A DNA stretch of 20,000 nt from Perkinsus olseni (lineage: Eukaryota): positions 54,957 through 74,956 of the forward strand of contig JABANN010000097.1 in assembly GCA_013115125.1 (NCBI GenBank). Reading direction: 5' to 3'. The position numbers and the translations under genes are program-made. The notes below the pieces were generated by a model, which saw nothing but the letters and a program-made list of their open reading frames with translations, did not search any database and was not told the origin of the DNA. The number at the start of each line of letters is the position of its first letter. Position 1 is the stretch's first letter. This document shows, piece after piece, positions 9,876-20,000 of the stretch.

Positions 9876-12555
9876 TCAGGAAGACGACATAGTTTGCTTA
9901 ATCTCTCGCATCGCTTGAGGGAAAAAATCTTTAATCATCCGGTCTGCATCAGCCTGAGCAACACAAGGGAAGTGCTTGCATACGTCAATCATCCGTCGGC
10001 AACCAGCAATGTATCGACGAGTGCTCACCTGGTTAATCCAGTCTCCGGCTGTGGCCATACCAACGTTCACTCGACCGTTGTAGGAGATTATGCACAGCAT
10101 TATACCTGATGTAAGTGAATTCAGTACCGAACGCCCTTGGAATCTCGTCAAAGAACAGCATTACCAACGTCTAGGACCGGTGGCACAAAGAAGAGCAAGT
10201 CTCTTATGATACCGGTGCGGGGTATCTGATGGCGTGTACATAATCCTCAAGGCTGCCGCACATGAGGGGCTCTCAGTTCATCTCACCTGTTCCTTGAGGT
10301 CCTCGTGACGGTTGACAGGCCAGCGCAATGCGGCCTGAGGTCCCGGCACGTTAGAGAGGGAGATAGTCACCTGGCGAGTGGGCACTGTTGTGGTCTCAGT
10401 AGGTGGGAACTAACATCTTGTTCTCACTTTATCGGCGGTCATGTCCCACCAAGGCTTGGCGATGCAATGCGGGAGGGCGCCGAAAAAAGATAGTACTCGG
10501 TTGGCTACGTAGGGCTCAGGAGATCCTATCAACTCGCGAATCCCGCGGTGTACTGAGAGACCAAGGCGATCATCGAAGCGACTGGACTCGAATACAGACT
10601 AAAGGAAGCACTCGTTTCACCTGCTCCGAGTTGCTCCTCAGCCGGGATGGTCTTCACCGGAGCATTCAAGTAGCACACCCCCAGCTTCTCATTGCCCCAC
10701 TTCGATTCGGTTGGGGCAAACTCGAAGGGGGAGCCCGAGTTTAATGCCACCCACATTCCGGCAGTCAACTTCTCTGGGGTCTAAAATCGAGGATGCTCAT
10801 GGTGGGGTCGGGATGGCTGAACAGGAGGGACCCAGCCGGATCCGACCCACCTGTCCTCCCTTCCCAGGGTTCTCTTCGCAATACTTAGCGAGAGTCCGAA
10901 AAACAGCCGTGATGAGTATCTGAAACTCTAGTAGGGCATGAATCCCTCGTGCTCTCGTACGTCGTTGACGGTGGTCTTCTTGCTCTGCCCTACCGAAGCT
11001 TGGCGAGCGAGCTTCTTAATCTCCTTCACAGAAAATTCCTCGCCTAGCCCGGCAAAAGAACAAACCCTAAGTAGGAGTTAGTGTAAACATCAAGCCTTCA
11101 TGCCGGGATTTTGTTGATCACCGGTGTAACCCTAAGTGACCAACATCGATGCGGTAACGCTGCTCACCTTCTCGATCTCTTCTCAAGGTGATAATTGGGT
11201 TTGCATGGATTTGGCGGGTCCTTCGGCAGAGAAACTAGTTTCAAAACTGCGTTGGAAAACTTGGAGATCAGCTTCCCTATTGAAGTGAGGCTAACCTGAC
11301 GTAGCAAAAGCCCTCCAGAGGAGAATCGCCCGAAATTGCACTCTGAACAACTGCGACTCCGTTTAATCCTCACCTTCTCCCTTCTAGCGGACACATCGCG
11401 GCTGGTAGAAAATAGCTCTTCAATGGTTTTGGTCTCATCCACTGGTGTGCAATGCGAGACAACCTGATGAAGAAATCGCATTTGGCAGGAGTTGGCCGAG
11501 ATCGCCGCCTACATGCCGCATGGCTGTGAAACCATCAGCAATCGTGTGATGGTATCTGTCACGAAAACTTCGACAATCCGATGCCAAGGGCGGTCACTCA
11601 CTTCCAAACGAATGCACTGGTGATGACATCACTGTCTCTCGGCTTATAATTTTGAAGGAAAACGACTCGCCACAGAGGTTTGCTGAAGGAGGGTGTCCAT
11701 CATGTCTTGAGGATCACAGGAGCTGTACTCAGTAGGAAGAGGGGTCGAGCACATGTCTCCGAGCATCTTCTCGAGCCCCTCATGCGTGATATCCTCATCG
11801 ATACAGCTAATGTTGTCCATGGGCTTCCAGTCGTCAGCAGCTTGGGTCCAGTAGGGGCGATCTCCTGCAAGGAGTCCTGGCGAAGCTGCTCGAACGGGAA
11901 TGCTGTTTACCATCGTCCTGCACTAGACGCTGAGAAAACCTCCCTTCCCCGCAATAAATACGTATAAATTGCTCGGCGAAGCCAGCGAAAGCGACCTGAA
12001 GCTCCCCATCGCTATTAACATGTCGTTTGTCCGCAGGCGAAGCTCTACTGCAATGTCACTTGAGTGGCCTGCCCGTACGCAGCTTCGCAAAAAACTCGGA
12101 ACCACTCCACGCGGTGTCGATGAATCTCAGCAGCAACATCCCTGCAACTCCTGCAGCTACCTTCTCTTGAAAAATTTCGGCGGCATGAACGAACAGAACT
12201 GCTTCCTCCTTGTCGTCTTCAAACAGGACCTGCTCTCAAGGTGTCATCAAACCTCACACAGGAGGGCGGCTTCAACTCCATACACGTGTCCTTTCCCGAG
12301 ACAAAGCACTACACGCGAGTGAGGAGAATCGACACCACGGCTCACCAGGCATCGAGAAAGGGCGTCCAGATCGTCTCTGCTGCTTTTCGAAACACTCGCT
12401 CCTTTGCGCTTCAGCAAAACCGAGACTAACTGAGAGAAGAGCTGACTGGATCGGCAGGTGGCTTTATCGCACATCGGACGTACTTTCAAAGTGAATGTGC
12501 CGACGATGACGCACACGACCGCCGACGAGAAGGTCGGCTGAGGCAGCTCGATCAT
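9876..12555 (-). CDS. Wax ester synthase/diacylglycerol acyltransferase (WS/DGAT)-like protein, copy A, many exons
   Basis: Spliced reading KPLWRVVFLQNY...SAFVWK|YHHTIADGFTAMRH (HHxxxDG at 11551-11531), KTTVNDV, KWGNEKLGVCYL, and C-terminal GIMLCIISYNGRVNVG, in the typical WS/DGAT motif order. N-terminal hydrophobic segment AVVCVIVGTFTLKLVSVLL; TGA at 9876. The start could lie further upstream. Confidence 0.85.
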
Positions 12556-13348
12556 GGGCGTGAAAACTGCTATAGACGAGGAGCTAGTTGATGGCTTGAA
12601 ACGTTGATCAGCTCTCGTCCGAGGTTGTGCTCACTTGCGCCAACCGTATTGAATTCTCTGAGGAGAACTCTGAGCGGGTGCTCGAGGAATGATGGCAGCT
12701 GCTCCTGTGGTTACTACTCCACTGGAGTAGCTCCAGATTGCAGAAGATGTCAGGCGCATTGTGCTCAATCTGTGTGCTGATCCTATACTATTTGTGTCTA
12801 CAGGTCTCACCTCCACAAAGCCCCTCTGTTAGTCGACGACGACGACGGCTCCGCTGGACGTGACGCCGCACTGCGCATGCGTGCGATTGCGAAGTGCTGA
12901 ACCACGTTCTCTCTGCGTTTCTCTTGTAGATCCACTCGTGCCAACGCCAGACCACTCTCCTCCATGAGTATTGAATATCGCTTCTCCGACTTGTCCTTTC
13001 TATGCGGTTATGTTCGAGACGGTGTTGTGGTTTTGTGACTCGCGAGTCGCGTCAGCGCTCCTCGGCGCGCTGATAGGCTATCACAGCAGGCTGGCGATTC
13101 CGTAGATCACGTCACGACTCGTCATGATTCAACTAAGAAACTCAACGACAGTTTCCGCTTATCGAACAGTAAACTCTGGCGTAATTCGCCAAGTAGACTG
13201 GAGCAGTGGATGAAATGTACTAACTCTGACGAGGGCACAATTGGGCTGTCATTCAGGAACTACAACAGTGCCCGTCGGGCAGCTAACATAAAGAAGGGTA
13301 TGCAGACGAAGTGCTGGACACCATATTATAGAGCTCTCAAGGGAAACT

Positions 13349-15960
13349 CTACTCGGTATTTTCACAGCTGGCAACGCCGTCTCGGATATCTCTCATGGCA
13401 CGAGGAACGAGATCATAGATGATATGGTGGACGTCATCCTGAAAGGAAGTACGGTCTGCTTGTTTTCAACAGAGGACCGCTTACTTGATCGATCCACTCG
13501 CCTGCAGTAGTCATACCAACATTTACTCGGTTGTTGTAGGAGATGATGGAGGCCATGATACCTAATCATGTTACAGTGATACCGTACGTGTGGTCTTAGC
13601 CCGCAAGTCCGTTATTGCATCCGCCATCAAAGAGAGAAGACTTGTGTGAGACGGAAACCTCAGAAGCGATGGAACACAGAGCGTACCAATATCGTAGACA
13701 GGCGGAACGAAGAAGAGCATATCTCTGATGATGCCGGAGCGTGGTATCTACCGTTGAGAAACAAATGGAAGGCCAAATGCCGGGGCAAGACGAAGATATG
13801 AGCTGACCTGTTCCTTGAGGTCCTCATCTCTGTTAACGGGCCACCTCAGTTGGGCTTGTGGGCCGGGTACGTTTGATATGGATAGTGTAACCTATTATAC
13901 CACACATACGACAGTCTCTACCGTGTCTTCACTCACTTTATCTGTCACGCGAGGCCAAAGGAAATGGGCAATAGGATACGGCAATAATGCGATAAGAGCT
14001 TGGAGTTTGTTGGCGAGCAGAGGCTCAGGGGATCCGATGAGGTCTCTGATTCGGTGGTAGACTGAAGCAGCAGAATGAAGTTGATAAGAGAGCACGATGA
14101 TGCGACCATGTCCTACCGATGTTCAGCTGGTCCACAGCCGACTTGACTCCGATCGGCAGGCTGAGGTAGCACACGCCTAAGCCTTCGTTACCCCATCTCC
14201 TCTCGCCCTCTTCGAACTTGAATGGGGACGCTCTATCTAACGACACCCACATGGCCGACTGGAAGTTCTCAGGTATCTGAAAGAATTATACCGAGGCTGG
14301 GATGCACCAATCATTCGGCAAACGCCATCAGGCAGGACGCACCTTCACGTTGTCCATCTTGTCTTTCTTCTCTTCACAGTACATTCCCAAAGCCCGGGAG
14401 ATGGCGGCCAACAGGACCTGACGGGCTAGATACTCAGGCCAAACGTAGAGAATGCAGCTCGTCCTCTGATCGAGTGAGCTAGGTGCCCCCACTTCCCTCA
14501 CTACATCATTGACTGACTTCTTATGGTCAGTGGTGGTGGCCGAGTGAGCAATCTCCTTGATCTTGGCAACAGAGAACTCTTCTCCAAGATACGTGAAGGC
14601 AGTGGCTCTGATGATGATGTCGTGATTACAATCGGAACACAGCCATTATTGCTACCACTACCTCTTGGAACCATGATGTTGGGTATAGTTGGGCTTGCAC
14701 GGGCTCACAGGGTCCTTAGGTAAGAACACCAGCTTGCAGAAGGCGGTGACAGTCTTCTTGGCAATTGTGAGGAGCGATGGGCGAGAACGCTGAGGAAATA
14801 TAGAGCGTCATAAACCATTCAACGTAGAAACAAAAGACGCGGTCGACCTTTCGGCGGTATGACCTTAGCCCCTGCTTTGGGTTTGATGAAGACATCCTCC
14901 ATCTTCTGTCCCTCGGCGACTGGCACGCAGTGAGAGCAAGTCTGGGATAAACAGGATGATGAGGCGCGAATGGTTTCCCTCGCTTACATGGCGCATAGCA
15001 GTGAAGCCATCAGCCATCGAGTGGTGGTATCTAAGGCAGCACTCATACCGTAAATCCCGGAAATCCTCGGTGTACCGTACTTCCAGATGAATGCACTAGT
15101 GAGTTCTCCATTGTCCTCCCTGACGTAGTTCTGGAAGTACACCAACTGCCACAATGGTTGACTAAGGAAAGAGAAGCTTAGAGTAGGAATTGAAGAGCTA
15201 TCACTGCTACCTTAGCGGCAGGGGAGTTGCGCACATCTTGCCCAACATCTCTTCGAACCCCTTGTGGTCCGTACGATCAGTAACACAAGATATGTTGTCC
15301 TCAGGCCTCCAGTACGGATCAGGCTTTATCCAGTAGGGCCTCTCATCTGACATACTCTGCTTCCTCGCAGCGTCTACTGAATACGGTGAGAGTCTCTCTG
15401 TTAATAATACCTCCCTTGTTAACAAGTCGCTGTCCGAAGCGGCCGTTTGATCCGTATATTTTGCAGAATTGCTTGCTAAAGGCATTGAAGTCAACCTGTA
15501 AGCAGTGACATGAGGATATTGTTTCTTATGCTGTTCTCGTCACGAGAATCTCAGCGTTTTATGGAAGACGATGCCAGCCAGAACGGTAGAAGGCGTGCCG
15601 CAAAGGCCATTGCTGATCACCTGCTTCTCAAAGATCTGTGCAGAATGCACGCATGTTTGCCCCTCTTTCCTGTTATCATCAAACAGAACCTAATGAATTC
15701 ATAAACCGAAACCCTGACAGATAGTCCCCATCGGCTTACCTGCCCATTGGATACGAGATCCATATACTCCTTTTTCTCGCCAGAAGCAGTGACCGTAGGC
15801 TTTAAAAGCCTCGGCATCACCTAGGGCACACAACAGAAGTCCTCCCTCACCGAATTCCTACCGCACCGAGCCCGCAACTCACCACTGCCAGGAGCATGCC
15901 AAGAAGGATACCCAGTATGGCTGTGCTGGGTGATAGGTCTCCGAAAAGGAAGTCAGACAT
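13349..15960 (-). CDS. WS/DGAT-like acyltransferase, copy B, many exons
   Basis: QPLWQLVYFQNY...SAFIWK|YHHSMADGFTAMRH (HHxxxDG at 15026-15006), KSVNDV, RWGNEGLGVCYL and GIMASIISYNNRVNVG. N-terminal anchor TAILGILLGMLLAVV from ATG 15960; TAG at 13349. Intron positions match copy A where checked. Confidence 0.85.
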
Positions 15961-16204
15961 GAGTAAGAAAGGAGTAACGCCTAACGACTTGGGCGGATTC
16001 ACTGTTGATCGCGAAGTTACATGTGGTTCTTTCTTCGATGATGAAAAGCATGTGCGGTGACCGCACTGCGGTCCGGTCTGGTGTCGCGTAGTCGCCACTA
16101 CCGCTGAGGCCTTCCTCCCTGTCTCCCTTTTTGTGTGCCTCTGCACATCTGTCCCGTCTGTGTGCTACGACATCCCCAGTGAACTTGATGCTACGCAAGG
16201 TGAG

Positions 16205-17350
16205 CTATCTCACATGAAGCTCAAGTATCAGAATAATCTTCAAAAAAGACTGTCGACTAGCGTGTTTTCTTCGGTTCGGACGAAGAGCCTGCATGAAATC
16301 CCCGATATTCCTCATACGACGCTCATTCATAGCACCTTCCATCCCGCCGGCCTTGGCAGCCCCCTGAGGTGCATCGTGCTCCTCTGCGTCTTCACTGTTC
16401 TCTTCATCCAGTATAACACGGATCACAAAGGCGTCGAACAGAATACCCATGAGAAAGCCCACCAACTGGAAGCAAGGAAGTGAGAGGTCCTTGACACTCC
16501 CTGTTGGTTTTACCGTTAGGGCACAGCAACCCGCTGGGGAGAAGCGCATTACTGTGACAATCTCTGCGGCAACAGCCTTGGCCACAGCCCTCACGGAAAA
16601 TGAGCGCTTCGCAGGTCCGTGCGTGGGGACTTCCACGGCATCACTGCCACGCACCTGTCTCCAGATTTCCTCCCCATCATGAGCAAGGGTCGAGCAAAGA
16701 TTCCCATCATATTGCCTTGTATGCTCCCGACGCAAATTCACTCATCTCCTCGCCATCCTTTTCCCCTGTGTATTTTAGCATTTTCCGACCATCATCGAAA
16801 AAGACGTAACTAAGGCAGAGTTGAGTAGGGACCTTCCAGACCTCGGACGACTACACGCTGGGGACCTTCGTCTCGCCTAAACGCTCGCACAGGTGGGATT
16901 GAGCTACGCAATCTAACGTGCCTGTGGAGAGGACCCCGGTCGGAGGCAGCGAACGGAATGGTATTCACTACCAACTCTGAAGCGTTGCCCTTCCTCAGCT
17001 ACGGAACACACGTCTTCCCAGACGGGCTTCAATGCTTGGCAGTGAGGGCAGGTCGGCGAGTGAAGAAATATCAGAAATGGTCGGGGATCTGGGGCGGGGA
17101 AAACCAGATGGCATGCCGCTCCCGTGGGAACTTCCTTAGTCCCGTGAGCGAAGGTGCGTTGCTCAACAGAACCCTTTTTGCAAGACTCTCCCAAGCTCAG
17201 CCGGAAATATCGACGCCGCCGCGTACCATCGACCTCTCGAAGGAGGTAGTCAAAATTTACCGATGTTATTTCCACTACGTTGTCCTTTGTATCTACGGCC
17301 GAGGTGGCCAGCCGGAGCAAGAGGAAAAAAGCCAAGCCCGGAGGTGCCAT
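16205..17350 (-). CDS. Thioredoxin/PDI-like protein with signal peptide and probable C-terminal membrane segment (TMX-like)
   Basis: Signal-like MAPPGLAFFLLLRLATSA, then VVEITSVNFD, PFLIFLHSPTCPHCQALKPVWE (CxxC) and TLDCVAQSHLCERLGETKVPS. A later hydrophobic LVGFLMGILFDAFVIRVIL is followed by a charged tail. The 3' end is approximate. Confidence 0.8.
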
Positions 17351-17527
17351 ACAGAAAACTGACCATCACTCATATCGCCTCGGCCAGGAAACGCTCCAAG
17401 CAGGATCATGTCTACTATAACGCAATAGCGTGGCTCTCGTTACGTCGTCACGCTGATCGTACACTTGGGGCGTCCGATCGTGTGGAGGACCTTGGCTGCA
17501 GCATTAGTCAGTATAGAGCACTGAATA

Positions 17528-18973
17528 TCATCTCCCTGGTAGCCTCAGCTGATCCATCAGGAACTTTCGTCTCCCTCGCGCTGCCCTTAGTGGCCATATT
17601 CTGCGGCCGACACTTTGAGCAGGTGCGAATACCAATCTGCCATTAAGCTGATACTCCTCCTCGCTAACCCACAGTCGAAAGCAGAGCTTCGTGGCCACCG
17701 CCATCTCACAACGGCACACAACTTTCGGCGTGAACTCCGCAGGGAGGACGTCGGCAAAAGCGTGATTGCGAACCGGCAGATCATCCCACATTTTACATGC
17801 TAGTACCAGAGACCCCAGCAGGATGCTCTTCCAGGAGCGGACTGTCAAGCGAATGCCACTGCATCGCAGCAGTCGCTCACAGTAAATGATTGAGACGACG
17901 ACGCACTCGGGGAGCAGGCCGAGGGAGCTGACGATATCGTGGAGGAAGAGGAAAATTTGTACTGGGAGGCTCTGATGCGGCTGAGACAGGAGATCACCAT
18001 TAACACTGTGTAGTGAGCAGACAGACCGACATCCTGGTGACTTTCCTCTGTCCGCCACCGATCAGGCGACGCGCTCCTGAAAGACGAGCAACCAGCATCA
18101 CCGGTGTTCTCGCTAGAATGCCCTGCTCATCCGGCCGCTACATCGACCCACTCAGCCGGCTGGATTATCTCATCATAGTCGAAGAAGCTGCTGTGATTAT
18201 CGAGGCCCATCGTCCTCGTCTCGACTATGAGCTGGCAGATCCTCTTCGCCACACCACAGCAGGCCAGTTGAACCTTCTCTCCTCGCGCCTTTGGTACTTC
18301 CCCAGAAGGCCTGCCATACCAGGCGGGGATCTACTGTGTGCGGGTGAGGTAGTAGTAAGTTCTCCACTACCTTCGGTTTCCACCCCCGTACACGACTCCT
18401 GGTGATGGGACGGAGCTCCAACCACCCATCGTGAAAAATGGTACTCTACAAAGTTCAGCTTCATCGTCACCACTCAGACTGGCATGCGTTGATACCCCAG
18501 AAGCCTGTCATCAAGACGAGACCGGAGCAAGCGTAAGCCCGCATCGTCTACTCAGTGGGATGCTCGAGTAGTACCGCAGAGACGGAGTCAGGGGACCCGA
18601 CGATTAAAGACAGGTTGGACACCGTGAAATCTACACTTATGTCTGGTAAGACCTGTCGCCCTCCTACTTGACGTTCCAGTAGCAACACAACACACTCTGA
18701 CCGGTAATTTCCTTGAGGAAAATAGAACGGCAAGGACGCTTTTGCAGCTATTGCTTCGTCAAAGAAAGATTGAGATGATAGCTTGTTCGCGCGGAGCGAA
18801 AAAAAGCTAGTGCTTGAAGCTTGCTGCTGTCATACACAAAATTGTATTGATCATATGGCCAAAGGTGAACTCTCTGACGATACATCTGGAGTTTCCCTGA
18901 CTGTAGTGCGTCGGCCGCTACAGCTCGTCGCTCCCGGGTTCGGCTGCCTGGATAACTCCACAGACGTAGTCAT
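17528..18973 (-). CDS. Cyclin-box protein, cyclin Y-like
   Basis: Exon at about 17630-17960 reads PECVVVSIIYCERLL...WKSILLGSLVLACKMWDDLPVRN...EMAVATKLCFRLWVS, matching the cyclin Y/PHO80-type box (EC-x5-Y-x-ERL, LA-x-K-x-WDD). Upstream exons and the start at 18973 are tentative. Confidence 0.75.
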
Positions 18974-19227
18974 GAAGAGACTGAGTTGATAGTGCAGAGC
19001 AAAAACTTTGGCCAAGATGGCTACGGGTATATACGACCAACTCAGACAGTCGCTAAAAAAACTACGGATTAACGAGTTCATCGCATATATAATAGAATCG
19101 TCACTGCCCCTCATAATTGCTAATATTGGCGAACGCAACCTCTTCCTCACGTTCAGGTACGTGACATGGTAATAGGAGTAGGAGTAGGAGTGGTTGTAGC
19201 ATGAGTAGTAGCTGGATTGAGCAGTTC

Positions 19228-20000
19228 TCAGTAATTCCTGAGGGACATGGTGACTTTCAAATTTTCTGGTACACGATTGAGCCACATAGTCTCCTTAACG
19301 TCATCATAACCAAGAGTGAAACGCATATCATCAAAATGTCTCAAGAGGAAGGCGGCTATGATAGTGCACTCCTTGACGGCTAGGGTCTGACCAGGGCATT
19401 TGCGAGGTCCGCAACTGAAGGCCCAATGATCTCGAGCAAGGTCACGGTTTATCTCTGTGGTACCGGGCAAGAACCAATTCTCCGGCCTGAAAACAGCAGT
19501 AAAAAGTGCACTTCCGCGATCTTTCTAGCGCTACACATATGATAATCATGCGGCAGCGTTACCTGAATGAATTCCCGCCTCTCTCTTCACTCTTCATAGC
19601 TTCATCCATCATCATGATAATAATCGTACCCACTTCAACAGGCCTGCCTTCAATGGTATATGGTGCGGTAGTGACAGACGGGAGTGGACCCGGCGTCGAG
19701 CTTTGTATCTGCATCAACATGCTTCATCCTTCTACAGGGCAACTGAGTGATCATGGAGAGAGCTCCCCAGCCGCGATTGCATGCACGACCGGAAACTCAC
19801 ACGTAAGGTCTCGAGGACACAGGCCTCGACATAAGTGAGTTTACGGAGATCCTCAGCTGCCTCTGGATCTCTCCCAAGACCATCAACCTCCGCCCTTGCT
19901 GCATTCTGGATATCTTTATTTGCGCACATCAAATAGACGAACCACTCCATCGTAGCCGAGGCTGAGGCGCTGCCAGCAAGTATGAACCTGCGCCAGGCCA
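19228..20000 (-). CDS. Cytochrome P450, C-terminal part (5' end beyond the right edge)
   Basis: I-helix FILAGSASASATMEW, K-helix EACVLETLR (ExxR), FRPENW (PERF-like), and heme motif FSCGPRKCPG (19419-19390). TGA at 19228. Confidence 0.92.

Noticed and set aside
9876..20000. A lipid biosynthetic gene cluster made of the WS/DGAT pair and the P450
   Set aside because: Unrelated thioredoxin and cyclin genes lie in between, no reductase or synthase is visible in the window, and proximity alone is insufficient.

Overview
Gene-dense eukaryotic DNA with many short (~45-60 nt) GT-AG introns. It is most likely from an alveolate such as Perkinsus; this is inferred from intron size, compact spacing and the plant/alveolate-type EWGWC insertion in enolase. 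Minus strand, left block: an RNI-like LRR gene (truncated at the left edge), TIM17 with one unusually long structured intron, and a multi-pass membrane protein. Plus strand: three tandem intronless enolase genes. Minus strand, right block: two tandem WS/DGAT-type (HHxxxDG) acyltransferase genes, a thioredoxin/PDI-like membrane protein, a cyclin-Y-like gene and the 3' half of a cytochrome P450. No mobile element, CRISPR array, tRNA or rRNA was seen. Best leads: a mitochondrial-presequence-like extension on enolase 3, Cys-enriched and mosaic enolase paralogs, a possible snoRNA/regulatory RNA in the TIM17 intron, and a P450 with an atypical I-helix. Exon models were read by eye, so spliced gene ends are approximate.
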